Shown here piece by piece: positions 50,096 to 61,808 of a DNA stretch of 64,000 nucleotides. How positions within the stretch are numbered: the first letter of the stretch is position 1; each line of letters starts with the position of its first letter. The position numbers and the translations under genes are program-made. The notes beneath the pieces are model-generated. The model worked only from the letters and a program-made list of their open reading frames with translations, was not told the DNA's origin and ran no database searches. The stretch spans positions 192,001-256,000 of the forward strand of contig CAWGLD010000004.1 of assembly GCA_963823335.1 (NCBI GenBank), written 5' to 3'. This stretch comes from an uncultured delta proteobacterium (GTDB taxonomy: Bacteria > Desulfobacterota > Desulfobacteria > Desulfobacterales > B30-G6).

Positions 50096-51379
50096 ATGAC
50101 TGACTTCATCATACCGGCAGAAGCGCCGCATCTTGATGAACTCAAGGCAGGCAAATTGGAGCGGCTCGCGCGCCAGACAGTTTTATCAGTGCTCGAGAAA
50201 CTGAAATTCGGCCGAATTCGAATTATTGAAGATCTCGGCCAGCTTACGTTTGGCAAAGATGGACCCGCATCGTTGCAGGCCAGTCTTCACATTCATCACC
50301 AGCGGTTTTACAGCCGCATTCTCTTCAACGGCAGCATCGGAGCGGCAGAGGCCTATATGGAAGGACTCTGGTCGGCGGATGATCTGACCACGCTCATGCG
50401 GATCATGGCCCTTAACCAGCCTGTTTTTGCCGAGATGGAAAAAGGCCCGGCACGTCTGACAGCTCCGCTTTACAAGCTGTATCATTTGGCCAGGAAAAAT
50501 ACCAAGGTGGGCAGTCGGAAAAACATCCTCGCCCATTACGATCTTGGCAACAATTTCTATGCGTTGTTTCTCGACAAGACCATGGCCTATTCCTGCGGCA
50601 TATTCGAAAATGAACATAGCACCCTTGAAGAAGCCTCTGTTGCCAAACACGATCGGATCTGCAAGAAACTCCAGTTGAAGCCCGGCGATCGGATTTTAGA
50701 AATCGGTACCGGCTGGGGCGGGTTTGCAGTGCATGCCGCTCGAAATTACGGTGTGCACGTCACCACCACCACCATATCCGACGAACAATACCGGTTTTCC
50801 CGGGCCCGCTTCCAAAAAGAAGGCCTCCAAGACCAGATCTCTATATTGAAAAAAGACTATCGGGATCTTACGGGTAAATATGACCAGCTGGTTTCCATCG
50901 AAATGATCGAGGCCGTGGGACATCAATATTTCGACACCTTTTTTAAGACCTGCAGCCAGTTGCTTCGTGATAACGGCATGATGCTGCTGCAGGCCATTAC
51001 GATCCAGGATCAGGAATTCAAACGTTACACCCGCTCGGTTGATTTCATCAAACGCTATATCTTCCCTGGCGGTTGTGTGACCTCCGTGGCGGCCATGACG
51101 GCCAGCATCACCCGTGTCACCGATATGAGACTTTTTCATCTCGAAGATATTACACCCCATTATTCACGAACCCTGAGGAAATGGCGTCAACGCTTTTTCA
51201 ACAACATCGACCAGGTACGCGCCATGAAATTTCCGGAAACCTTCATCCGTATGTGGGAATACTATCTGTGTTATTGCGAGGGGGCATTTGCCGAGCGGTA
51301 CATCGGTGATGTCCAGATGCTGTTGACCAAACCATTCTGCCGCCGGGAGTCACTGCTCCCCGATTTAGGCGAAAATTAA
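50096..51379 (+). CDS. cfa: cyclopropane-fatty-acyl-phospholipid synthase family methyltransferase (UfaM-like)
   Basis: NILAHYDLGN, YSCG, LEIGTGWGG, SIEMIEAVG, YIFPGG. Confidence 0.92.
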   Translation: MTDFIIPAEAPHLDELKAGKLERLARQTVLSVLEKLKFGRIRIIEDLGQLTFGKDGPASLQASLHIHHQRFYSRILFNGSIGAAEAYMEGLWSADDLTTLMRIMALNQPVFAEMEKGPARLTAPLYKLYHLARKNTKVGSRKNILAHYDLGNNFYALFLDKTMAYSCGIFENEHSTLEEASVAKHDRICKKLQLKPGDRILEIGTGWGGFAVHAARNYGVHVTTTTISDEQYRFSRARFQKEGLQDQISILKKDYRDLTGKYDQLVSIEMIEAVGHQYFDTFFKTCSQLLRDNGMMLLQAITIQDQEFKRYTRSVDFIKRYIFPGGCVTSVAAMTASITRVTDMRLFHLEDITPHYSRTLRKWRQRFFNNIDQVRAMKFPETFIRMWEYYLCYCEGAFAERYIGDVQMLLTKPFCRRESLLPDLGEN

Positions 51380-51412
51380 CTGAAATCTGGATATTCGAGC
51401 TGTCCATTGAAA

Positions 51413-51445
51413 GGCGGCGTTTCAGATTGTATTGAAACGCCGCCC
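51413..51445. terminator. hairpin between convergent cfa and katG
   Basis: ggcggcgtttca...tgaaacgccgcc. Confidence 0.6.
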
Positions 51446-51562
51446 TCGTATGTTGCTATTGGTTTCCTTCGTTCATATCATCCGCCAATTTGTGGCGGTT
51501 ACCGATTCCTGACCTTTTTATTTGCAGCTCAGAATACGCTTAAGAAGCCCTCGACGTTTATA

Positions 51563-52697
<1,135 letters not shown>

Positions 52698-52755
52698 TTA
52701 GTTTTGTTTTTCTTTGGAAGCACCTTTATGACAAATTCCTTTGACTTCAACCTGT

Positions 52756-52834
52756 GTCATTTCCGCATAGCCAATGGATTGAACCGACTCGGGCATCCAG
52801 TATTTTTCTGGATGCCCGCTTTCGCCGGAATGAC
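52756..52834. repeat. REP-like palindromic element
   Basis: gtcatttccg...cgggcatccag-tattttt-ctggatgcccg...cggaatgac. Confidence 0.6.
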
Positions 52835-52930
52835 AGCCTTAAGCTATTTAATTCCCGAATTAAGAATAGGACCCGGAAGCAAGCAATTTATCGGAGTTAG
52901 CCCCTAAAATCTTTTTCCATTTGAAAATAT

Positions 52931-54316
52931 TCAGCCTGTCTTATTTTTTATCAGCGGTTTCAACATGTACAGCAAATCACTCTCCCGCGACGGGTATGGA
53001 GACATGATGCTCTGCCGGTAGAGGGTTTCAGCAGGTATCCGGTTCAACATGGCCAGACGGATGGTATTGACGATACCCGATGCATTGTCGGATAGGATGT
53101 GTGCACCAAGAAACTCGCCGTTAGAACCGACAAGGAGTTTAAATGCCGCGTTGGACATGCCAACTCGGCGATACGTTGGCCAAGTGAGGTTTTGTCCAAA
53201 ACTTTTTATATAAGGGATGGCCTCACGCTTCAAGGCGTCTTCGGTATATCCTACCATGGCATACTGGGGATAGGTAAACAAAATGGCTGGGACCGCTGAA
53301 TAATCCATTTCAAGCCTGGGAGCGTTGTCGAGCTCGCCCAGAATCGTGCTGACGGCAATCATGGCTTCATAATCGGCCACGCGCGCGAGTTGAATCGTTG
53401 CCGCACAGTCACCAATGGCATAAATATGCGGTTGGGTTGTTTGCATACGGGCATTCACGATAATACCTCTGCGTGAGTAATCTATGCCTGCCCGGTCAAG
53501 ATCCAAATCATCAATGTCGGCTGCACGACCAGCACCGTTTACGACAACGTCGGTGGAGAAGGATGCTCCATCTTCGGTCGTCACGCGAATCCCACCTGCA
53601 TTTCTTTCGATGGCCGTAATTTGCACACCGTTGTGAACGGCGATTCCTTCGGCTTGCGAAGCGTTAACGAGCAGGGAAACCATTTCGGAATCAAATGGCC
53701 CCAACGGCCTCGAAGTGGCTTCCAGAATAGTGGTCTGCCGGGAATGGCTATCTCCCAAGCGGGCCACAAAATGGGCAAATTCAAAAGAGATGAATCCACC
53801 GCCTATAAAAACAAAGCGATCGGGAAGTGACGAAAGTTCCAAGAACTGATCGCTGGTGATCACGTGTTCGATGCCCTCGATAGGGAGAGACATGGAGCGG
53901 GCACCGCTGGCTATTACGAAAAACCGTGCTGATATTTTACGGGTGCCAATGCCCAGCGTTTGTTCATCCAAGAAATGAGCTGCGCCGGAAATAAATTCGA
54001 TACCGGCTTTTTCAAAGCCGCCTAAGGTATTGCGCGGTACTGTATTCGTAAATTCGTTCTTCTCCCTCAAGAAATCAGCCCAGGAGAAATGTGGGCCGGA
54101 CAAGATGCCTTTTCCTGCTAGATGATGTGATTTGGCGATGATCTCTGCACCCTCGTAAAACCACTTCTTTGCTTGACATCCTGCAAGGGCACAGGTTCCA
54201 CCGGGTTTGTCGCTCTTTTCTATGACGGCCACATTCAGCCCTCTGGCGTTCAAATCATAAGCAGCTGTTTGCCCCGCTGTGCCGGTGCCAATGACTACAA
54301 CATCGTATTTAGCCAT
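52931..54316 (-). CDS. pyridine nucleotide-disulfide oxidoreductase (glutathione reductase/LPD-like)
   Basis: IGTGTAG, GGTCALAGC redox pair, IGGGFISFE, YAIGD. Confidence 0.88.
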   Translation of the reverse strand: MAKYDVVVIGTGTAGQTAAYDLNARGLNVAVIEKSDKPGGTCALAGCQAKKWFYEGAEIIAKSHHLAGKGILSGPHFSWADFLREKNEFTNTVPRNTLGGFEKAGIEFISGAAHFLDEQTLGIGTRKISARFFVIASGARSMSLPIEGIEHVITSDQFLELSSLPDRFVFIGGGFISFEFAHFVARLGDSHSRQTTILEATSRPLGPFDSEMVSLLVNASQAEGIAVHNGVQITAIERNAGGIRVTTEDGASFSTDVVVNGAGRAADIDDLDLDRAGIDYSRRGIIVNARMQTTQPHIYAIGDCAATIQLARVADYEAMIAVSTILGELDNAPRLEMDYSAVPAILFTYPQYAMVGYTEDALKREAIPYIKSFGQNLTWPTYRRVGMSNAAFKLLVGSNGEFLGAHILSDNASGIVNTIRLAMLNRIPAETLYRQSIMSPYPSRESDLLYMLKPLIKNKTG

Positions 54317-54376
54317 AAGAATCTCCGTTGGTTTAAAGTCTGGTGTTTTATTCTCAACGCCTGCTGAAATCCATTT

Positions 54377-55606
54377 CTAACGAATTGCATCCTTGTATAC
54401 CGATAATGTGCGTTCAAACACACGTGTCCATGTATAACGGGAAGTAATCTTCTCGGCTTGAGGATCGTTAAAATCAGGATTGCTTTTTGCAGCAGCCATC
54501 ATATTGAGAATGCTTTTGGATAATTCGTGTTCCAAATAAGTTTCGTCTTTTTTATACGGCTTATCAATGGTTTCTAATATTGGCAACTGAATCAGATCGA
54601 TGGTTTCTTTTTTTGCTCGTCCAAAAATCTCACCAAAACCGGACAGGCGGGTGGTGATTATTCGGCATCCCGAAGCCAGACCCTCAAAGAGCACGAGAGG
54701 AAGGCCTTCAAAAAATGAAGGCAGCACCTGCACATGCGCCTTTTGCATAAGCTCAGCCAGCCTGTGATGGCTTACATATCCATGATTGGTAACTTTAGGG
54801 CCCAGTTTTTCAGCCAGTTTAATGCAGTGATTGTATTCCGGACCACTGCCGCTTCCCGCCATGTGGAGATGCCAGTCGTAATGTTTAATTTTCATGAGAG
54901 ATTTCAACAGCCATATGACACCTTTGCTCCGATTATATTTTCCGGCATAGAGAATCTGAATGGTCCCGGCCAGGGATTTTGGGGCACGGGTAAACATCGT
55001 TTCATCATATCCGCCACCGATAACCGTTATTTTATTGGGCGGGACGCCATACAGATGGCTGATATCTTTTTTTTGATCGTTTGTCAGTGCAATGATCTTG
55101 TCCAGTCTCGCGCAATAGCGTTTTATAAAACGTCTTATATGAGGACAATTATTATACTGTCTCAGATCCGTGCCGTGGCAGGTTGCCACGACGGGTAAAA
55201 TCGGAAATAGTTTCCTTACTAATGCCGAGAGTAAAAAAAGGTGATTGGTGTGAATAATATCGGGGGAAAATCGGGTGAAACCCTTTTGCAGTTCATCGTT
55301 GAACGCAGCTTTATAGGCAGTCAAACGGTTGCCTTTCAGTTCCTTGAATAATGAACTTTTATAAGGCATCACATCCGACATGCCCGGAACAGAAAAATTG
55401 AGAAGATCTGAATTAAAATATACATAAGAACCCTCGGTTTGATGAATATCACTTGAGGGAAAGTTTCTGCCAGCAGGGACACCGGCAACCCAGTAGTTTG
55501 ATAAACCGTGTTTTTTAGATTCTCTGATAATCGACTCAAAATAGATGCCACTACCGGTCATTTCCGGTCTCTGGCCGATAACATGCAGTATTTTTAAATG
55601 TGCCAT
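54377..55606 (-). CDS. glycosyltransferase family 4
   Basis: TGSGIY, CHGTDL, LPSFFEGLPLVLFEGLASG. Confidence 0.9.
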   Translation of the reverse strand: MAHLKILHVIGQRPEMTGSGIYFESIIRESKKHGLSNYWVAGVPAGRNFPSSDIHQTEGSYVYFNSDLLNFSVPGMSDVMPYKSSLFKELKGNRLTAYKAAFNDELQKGFTRFSPDIIHTNHLFLLSALVRKLFPILPVVATCHGTDLRQYNNCPHIRRFIKRYCARLDKIIALTNDQKKDISHLYGVPPNKITVIGGGYDETMFTRAPKSLAGTIQILYAGKYNRSKGVIWLLKSLMKIKHYDWHLHMAGSGSGPEYNHCIKLAEKLGPKVTNHGYVSHHRLAELMQKAHVQVLPSFFEGLPLVLFEGLASGCRIITTRLSGFGEIFGRAKKETIDLIQLPILETIDKPYKKDETYLEHELSKSILNMMAAAKSNPDFNDPQAEKITSRYTWTRVFERTLSVYKDAIR

Positions 55607-55637
55607 ATGGGTTTATCCGTGGGGCTCCATTTTCCAT

Positions 55638-56444
55638 TCACTTCCCTTGATACTGACGATAAGCCAACTGCCATGTTTTAGATTGTTTGGTTGTTCGTGT
55701 CGGCCATTGTACCCCAAAATGACCGCACAGTCTGCAAAAAGCCGACATTTGATCCGATAGGGTGTCGGATTCATCTGGAATTTCTTTCCTGCCAAGACCA
55801 TAGTGAAAGATCCTATCGATACCACCGGCAATGGCGCACATGTAATATCCTGAAGGTGTCAGGCCAATACCACACTCTTCTATAATGCGGCAGCCGCAGG
55901 TGTAGTCTGAAAATCGGTTATAGACGGTATCAACAGGTGCCACATTAAACGGTTTAAAAAGATTCACACGGGAAGACTTCAGCGTGCTTTTAAGTATAAT
56001 TGCATCCGGCATCTTTTTGAGAACCCGATGAACGTGGTTTCCAAAAAAATTCGTGCCCAGTACCAGCCGCACGGAAGGATTATACTGCGATTGATATTCA
56101 ACCAATAGGTCGATGATGTCAAAAATACCACTGTGAAGCGTTGGTTCTCCGCCCAGAATTCGGATGCGTTTCCATTTAATTTTTCTCTCAATGCTCTGTT
56201 GTATGAAAGCCGCGATGTCTGCAACAGGCATTTCTATGTTAATTGGGCTCTGAGCGCATGAGCGATTGCAGTTTATGCATTTCAAGTTGCATTTGTAAGT
56301 TATGTCCATCTCCGCATACGTAAGGCTGGGGTGATACTGTCTTCCAAAATGGCAAGAAATAAATGATTGTGCACGCAAAAACTGGTAGGTATCGTAAACC
56401 AATCTTTTTAACGTAACGTTTCGATGGCGAAAAGGTGTTTTCAC
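55638..56444 (-). CDS. small radical SAM protein
   Basis: CNLKCINC, GGEPTLH, extra C-terminal cysteines. Confidence 0.85.
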   Translation of the reverse strand: MKTPFRHRNVTLKRLVYDTYQFLRAQSFISCHFGRQYHPSLTYAEMDITYKCNLKCINCNRSCAQSPINIEMPVADIAAFIQQSIERKIKWKRIRILGGEPTLHSGIFDIIDLLVEYQSQYNPSVRLVLGTNFFGNHVHRVLKKMPDAIILKSTLKSSRVNLFKPFNVAPVDTVYNRFSDYTCGCRIIEECGIGLTPSGYYMCAIAGGIDRIFHYGLGRKEIPDESDTLSDQMSAFCRLCGHFGVQWPTRTTKQSKTWQLAYRQYQGK

Positions 56445-56696
56445 GGATTATATTACCTGGTTTTTACAATTTTCTAAGACCATTTTCTACCGCCAACCCT
56501 CTTGGTTTCATCCCCAATCCGGCAGGCGCAGGCAATGAATAGAACGGTCCAGCCACGAATTCGATGCGAAGTTTCTTCTTAGCATCATGGCCAGCACAGT
56601 CAAGAACGTTGCAACGGCCTTAGCCCGAATATTTCATGAAACTTGACGAAGAATTGTTTAGTTTGTTTTAAATATCAGAAAATGATCAGGATATCT

Positions 56697-56762
56697 GAGC
56701 TATAAGCGGTATGCCCATAAGCTACTGGATGCTTACAGCTTACAGCTCTTTACGCTTAGTGC
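56697..56762. repeat. inverted degenerate 7-mer arrays
   Basis: gagctataagcggtatgcccataagct...gcttacagcttacagctc. Confidence 0.55.
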
Positions 56763-57097
56763 TAAGTAAAGTTGAGTATCATGCTGTCTTGGGGCACATA
56801 CGCCCGATGAGGCAGATCCGTCTGCCTTGCAACATAACTGGGCACGGCAATACCGGACGCAAACTGCACATAGTTCACAAATGTTCTGCCGTCGATGCGC
56901 ACTTTCATGCCCTCGACCGGTGACTTCAGTGGAACAATGGCATTGGCATTTTTGTAGCACTCCCGGGCTTCTGTCAGGCCTAACTGAGCTGCCTTTTCAG
57001 CAATACTGACTTCAAGGTAATGTCGCGAAACATCATCAATGTTGTCTGCATGGTCCGCAGTGATTTTTTCTATGATATGCGTCAGATGATTTCTCAT
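56762..57097 (-). CDS. hypothetical protein (111 aa)
   Basis: RBS GAGGTG, ATG start, plausible composition. Confidence 0.7.
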   Translation of the reverse strand: MRNHLTHIIEKITADHADNIDDVSRHYLEVSIAEKAAQLGLTEARECYKNANAIVPLKSPVEGMKVRIDGRTFVNYVQFASGIAVPSYVARQTDLPHRAYVPQDSMILNFT

Positions 57098-57123
57098 TTT
57101 TTCACCTCTTTATTGGTTTGTAA

Positions 57124-57265
57124 TTGAAGACCCTCGCAGCAAGCTACGAGGAATGTTCTGCCGTGCGACAGTGCTTCGCATCGACCGTAAGGAATTCTAT
57201 CTAATTCTGATTCGCTCGCTAACCCCGCGGTAAGCCACAGGGAATGCGCTCGCTGTTTCGGTTCA
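57124..57265 (-). mobile_element. long-form IS200/IS605-like palindromic element
   Basis: ttgaagaccctcgcagcaagctacgagg...ccccgcggtaagccacaggg aatgcgctcgctgtttcggttca. Confidence 0.75.
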
Positions 57266-57382
57266 GCTTATCTTCATCATCCATCGAACCGCGTAGGCCA
57301 GCAAAAGAACAGCGGCCAAGCCACCACACCAGAGAGCGATAAACCACACCCACTCCTGGACTGTTTTAATACGCGTCTTCAT
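57263..57382 (-). CDS. DUF2474-like small membrane subunit of cytochrome bd (39 aa)
   Basis: MKTRIKTVQEWVWFIALWCGGLAAVLLLAYAVRWMMKIS overlaps the cydB stop. Confidence 0.7.
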   Translation of the reverse strand: MKTRIKTVQEWVWFIALWCGGLAAVLLLAYAVRWMMKIS

Positions 57383-58219
57383 GGGATGTTTTCCCTCTAA
57401 AGATGTAATAGCAGTATCCCGTATATGTCAGTATCACCGGCAGCATGATAACGGTCCCGATCAGCAACAACGACTGGGATTCGGGTGCCGCAGCCGCCTG
57501 CCGGAACGTGACCTCGTAAGGCACGATCCAGGGCCACAAACTGATGCCCAAGCCGATATAGTTCATCAGGAAAAGCCCCTGAGCCAGAAAAAACGGCCGG
57601 AGTTCTCTTTGGGTATGCAAATCACGCCAGAGGTACAGAGCACCGGCTGCGGAGAGAAGCGGCATGGGAGACAGCAGTAACACATTCGGCCAGCTAAACC
57701 ACAGGTTTTTGATATCTTCATTGACAAAGGGCATACTCAGGCTCACCAGCCCCATAAACCCCGCCACAATGATGAGAACATAGGCCGCACACTTACGGGC
57801 CCATTCCTGTGTGTTACCGTCAGTTTTCATAATCAGCCAGGTCGAGCCTAGCAAAGCATATCCGAAAACCAGCGCCAGGCCGGTCATCACGCTGAAGGCA
57901 CTCAACCAGTCCAAGGGCTTGCCGGCAAAACTGCGGTCTACCACCACTATCCCCTGGACAAATCCGCCCAGAATTACGCCCTGCATGAAGGTTGCCCCCA
58001 GGCTACCAAAGTGGAAAGCATAATCCCAGATTCTGCGTGATTTACCTGCGGCTTTAAAGCGGAATTCGAACGCCACGTCTCCGATGGGGCTAAGGGAAAC
58101 AAGATGCCGAGCCCCAGATCGAAACCGTCTAGAATGACATACAAGAAAATTGCCGTAACAATCAGTCCGTACCAGATGAGGGGCAAATCCAGAAAGCTTG
58201 CAAAACTAAACATGTTCAT
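57366..58219 (-). pseudogene. cydB: cytochrome bd oxidase subunit II with internal deletion and frameshift
   Basis: YVILDGFDLGLGIL...APSET jumps out of frame to VAFEFRFKA; the conserved WDGNETW segment is missing. Confidence 0.88.
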
Positions 58220-58695
58220 TTCCTCCGGTTGGCGTACCCAGATTCGTCACCAGCGGAGGCGCCTTTATGCCGTGATCCCCGTATGCGTTGTCAGCAGAAT
58301 CGGGCCCCTTGCCGATGAGTCGGATAATGTAATAGCTTCCAGCACCGAAAACGAAAACGTAGGTAATAACAAAGGCCAGTAGTGACAAGGCGATGTTGGG
58401 TCCCACGACGGGAGATACCGTATCGGACGTGCGCAGGACCTCATACACGATGTATGGTTGCCTGCCAATCTCCGTGACAAACCATCCGGTGAGTACCGAA
58501 GGTGACCGCAAAGATTTTCACCCACATACGGTAGATGTCCTGATAAACGTCCTTACCGGTTTTCAGATAACGCCACTCCACCACGGCCAGCCAGCTTGCC
58601 AGGCCAATGGTAAAGGATGGAAAAATTATATGAAACGTGATTGTAAACGCAAACTGTATTCGCGCCAGAACAACCGGGTCTAAAAAATCTGTCAT
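58206..58695 (-). pseudogene. cydA: cytochrome bd oxidase subunit I with large internal deletion
   Basis: LARIQFAFTITFHIIFP...KIFAVTFG jumps out of frame to VLTGWFVTEIGRQP; only about 490 bp remain. Confidence 0.9.
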
Positions 58696-58859
58696 GGTTC
58701 AGTACTCCTTTGCCGGCCGACAATGTGAAACCAACCACTTCGTGTCCGTCCTATATCCAAAAAGTCCCGCACAAGCCATGAAGAAGACACACCGGCGGAT
58801 ACCCATGCGAATCAGACAGTTGGACAGCCGTCGACGCTCTGCTATTTCCAGGGTCGGGT

Positions 58860-59654
58860 TTATACGTCCCCCTTTTTTTTGGGAAACCAAGGGAAAAAAG
58901 TATTGGTTCGTGCAATGTAATCTTTATATTTTGGCCGCGTATGAACAATGGCCTTTTCCATCAAGGTCACACCGGTCATTTTCAATAGAACGGTGGTAAT
59001 GATAATGGGGCTGATGACGGTCCATAGACTGGACGGGGTCGCCAGGGCAATTAAAAATATGCCCCACCAGATAAGACTCTCCCCAAAATAATTGGGGTGC
59101 CTGGAATAGGCCCACAAACCCTGATCCATGACACGACCCTTGTTGGCGCCGTCAGCCTTGAAGCGGGCCAGCTGCCAGTCGCCCACTGCTTCAAAGAAGA
59201 AACCGGCCGCCCACACGCTTGCGCCCAAACAATCAATCCATGTCAGCTGGGGTGGCTGGGGTGACATCTGACCCCACTGCAATGCCAGGGCAATAGCCCA
59301 TAAAAAGATTGCCTGCAAAACGAAAACTTTGAAGAGACTGATCAGCCAGAAGGAATCCCCGCTTTCTTCACGCCAGCGGCCGTAGCGTGGATCTTCTCCG
59401 TGCCCCCAATTACGCCAACTCAAGTGCAGACTGAGACGCAGCCCCCATAAGGTTACCAGAAGGGTTATCAGAATCATGCGCCCCTGAAATCCTTCGGCGG
59501 TAAAAAAAGTCAACCAGGCTATCAGCACAAAGCCCAGTCCCCATAAGGAATCCACAATGGTGACATTCTTGGTAACCAGGCTGATTATCCAGCCCAGAAG
59601 CATCATGCCCAGCACGGCTATAAAATTGCTGGTTAAAATTGATGTGATGTCCAT
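58860..59654 (-). CDS. DUF1295 membrane protein (steroid 5-alpha-reductase-like)
   Basis: IVDSLWG, GEDPRY, GLWAYSRHPNYFGE. Confidence 0.92.
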   Translation of the reverse strand: MDITSILTSNFIAVLGMMLLGWIISLVTKNVTIVDSLWGLGFVLIAWLTFFTAEGFQGRMILITLLVTLWGLRLSLHLSWRNWGHGEDPRYGRWREESGDSFWLISLFKVFVLQAIFLWAIALALQWGQMSPQPPQLTWIDCLGASVWAAGFFFEAVGDWQLARFKADGANKGRVMDQGLWAYSRHPNYFGESLIWWGIFLIALATPSSLWTVISPIIITTVLLKMTGVTLMEKAIVHTRPKYKDYIARTNTFFPWFPKKKGDV

Positions 59655-59735
59655 AATCGTTCTCCTTGGAACACTATTATGTCAATCGTATGTCAATCGC
59701 TATATCCACAACATCCCCGCAAGTTGACACCACTG

Positions 59736-61139
59736 TCAACTCACTTTGCTTGTTCTGGCCAGCGGATTTTCAAATGCTTCGCCGGCACGCTTTTTTTCGA
59801 TGGCCAACCTGATTTTCTCATGCACCTGATCACTGATGGGGTAGGCCAGAGCAACGACGAGCCCCAAGAGGTTGAAAAGGGCGGGAATGAAAGCGTACAG
59901 CATACGCAATACAAACTGAACCTTCTGGGTCTGTTCGACATTGGGCGTGTATCCCGCCATCCCCAGAACCGCAAGACCGACACCGATGCCGACGGCCGCG
60001 GCCAGTTTCTTTGAAATCGACCACCACCCGATGTACTGCCCCTCTCGCCGCTCGCCCGTCAAGAGTTCATCGTAGTCGATGACGTCCGCCTGTATTGCAG
60101 AAGGAAGCGCCAGTGTCGCCCCGAAACCGATACCGGAAAGAAACACCAGTATGCCATATAACCAGGTATCGCCCGGACCCAGAAAAAAAACACCCATGAA
60201 AGCTCCCGAGTTGATGCCCATAGAGACCAGCCAGGCTGCCTTCTTTCCGGTTCGACGGCTGATGTATATCCAAAACGGCAGAAACAGGATGCCGCTCATA
60301 AAGTAAAGTAACAGGAAAAAGTCGGCCATGTCAGACTGGAGTACGTACTCTACGTAAAAAAGAATCAACGTTGCCGGCAGGTTGTTGCCGATAGCGCTGA
60401 TGGTGTACGCAGCCAGCAGAATCACAAACGGACGGTTTCGAGCGACTTGCCGGATACCTGAAAACAGGCCCAGCGGCGATCCACCGGACTGGGGGTGGCG
60501 CTCTTTGATGGATATTACACACCACCAGGCCGTTCCTATCAACAACGGAGCGTACAGGACGGATATCCAGAAAAACTTGGCTCGCTCACCCGCTGCATTG
60601 TCAGGGAGTCCGAACAACCACTGCACCAGGGCAGGAGCACTGGCCGCCGCCAGGGTTCCGGCAATCAAAAATCCGTCGCGCATCCCGAAAAGGGAGGTGC
60701 GTTCGTGATAGTCGAAGGTAATTTCAGGACCCAAAGACTCATAGGGAACCGTAACGATGGTCCAGAAAAAGAAAAGGGCGTAGATGAATACACCAAACCA
60801 CACGGTCTCAGCAGGGGGTGATGCTTGTGGCGGATTGAAAAGCAAAAACATTGTTAAAGCTACAAAAAAAGCCCCAACAGCGATATAGGGCCGCCGTCGA
60901 CCAAAACGGGTTCGGGTAAGATCGGACAGGTAACCGATAACCGGATCGGTCACCGCATCAAAAATTCGCACGCTGAAAAGTATATAGCCCAGCAAGACGA
61001 CATTGATTCCGACAACATCGGTATAAAATTTGGGGATGTAGACATACACGGGAATGCCGATAACAGCCAGAGCATAGGCAGGTGCGGCATAGGCGACCTT
61101 CTTCCAAAAAGGAACCTTGAATGAATGGTCATGATTCAT
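59736..61139 (-). CDS. MFS transporter (GPH / MFS_2 family)
   Basis: RIFDAVTDPVIGYLSD, FGRRRPY, ADVIDYDE...RREG. Confidence 0.92.
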   Translation of the reverse strand: MNHDHSFKVPFWKKVAYAAPAYALAVIGIPVYVYIPKFYTDVVGINVVLLGYILFSVRIFDAVTDPVIGYLSDLTRTRFGRRRPYIAVGAFFVALTMFLLFNPPQASPPAETVWFGVFIYALFFFWTIVTVPYESLGPEITFDYHERTSLFGMRDGFLIAGTLAAASAPALVQWLFGLPDNAAGERAKFFWISVLYAPLLIGTAWWCVISIKERHPQSGGSPLGLFSGIRQVARNRPFVILLAAYTISAIGNNLPATLILFYVEYVLQSDMADFFLLLYFMSGILFLPFWIYISRRTGKKAAWLVSMGINSGAFMGVFFLGPGDTWLYGILVFLSGIGFGATLALPSAIQADVIDYDELLTGERREGQYIGWWSISKKLAAAVGIGVGLAVLGMAGYTPNVEQTQKVQFVLRMLYAFIPALFNLLGLVVALAYPISDQVHEKIRLAIEKKRAGEAFENPLARTSKVS

Positions 61140-61708
61140 GGTGACCCCAACAGCTGCCGTTTAAATGAATTGTTCATGGGTTTCTCCCCCAGCCACATGG
61201 CATAGAGAGCAGCTGCAAAGTCAGCACCTTGGATGACACCCAGAGACTCCCCATTCAATGCCAGTTCGGTCCCTTTGCCGGGCACATAGCTGAGTGCATA
61301 CCGGTCGCCTGGTTGAACATCCCGGTAAAGTGCGTTTTGTCTGTCTAGGCGCGGTTTCAACCTTTCGAATTCTTCAGGGCCGACATTTTGAGCCATCATT
61401 TTATAGGATGCAGAACCAAAATCCTCAGCCTTGATGGCGTGGAAATATTCGATCTCCAATCGTTTGGGCGTATCGTTCAGGACACTTTCAGAAGGTGCTC
61501 CTTCCAGCATGTACAATGCACCGACATAAGCTTTGATAACACGCATGAAGCGAAAAAGACCCGCACCCCGGATCTGAAGTGTTGTCCCGTCGATGGCGAC
61601 GCTATCTTTGAAATACACGCCTTGAATCTCAACACCGACAGCACTCGTTCCTGAAAGAAATAGGAACATGGCCAGTAAAACTATTATCCATGTATATGTT
61701 GTTTTCAC
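61136..61708 (-). CDS. chalcone isomerase-like (fatty-acid-binding fold) protein
   Basis: Signal peptide, LQIRGAGL, YVGALY, MWLGEKP. Confidence 0.85.
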   Translation of the reverse strand: MKTTYTWIIVLLAMFLFLSGTSAVGVEIQGVYFKDSVAIDGTTLQIRGAGLFRFMRVIKAYVGALYMLEGAPSESVLNDTPKRLEIEYFHAIKAEDFGSASYKMMAQNVGPEEFERLKPRLDRQNALYRDVQPGDRYALSYVPGKGTELALNGESLGVIQGADFAAALYAMWLGEKPMNNSFKRQLLGSP

Positions 61709-61808
61709 AGATATTTCCTTTCAAATTTCGGGTCTGAACCGAATCTTTTTCCTACAATATTTAGCATTCTGTAACCAAATGCAACATGAGATGAATAGGG
61801 GGTTAACA

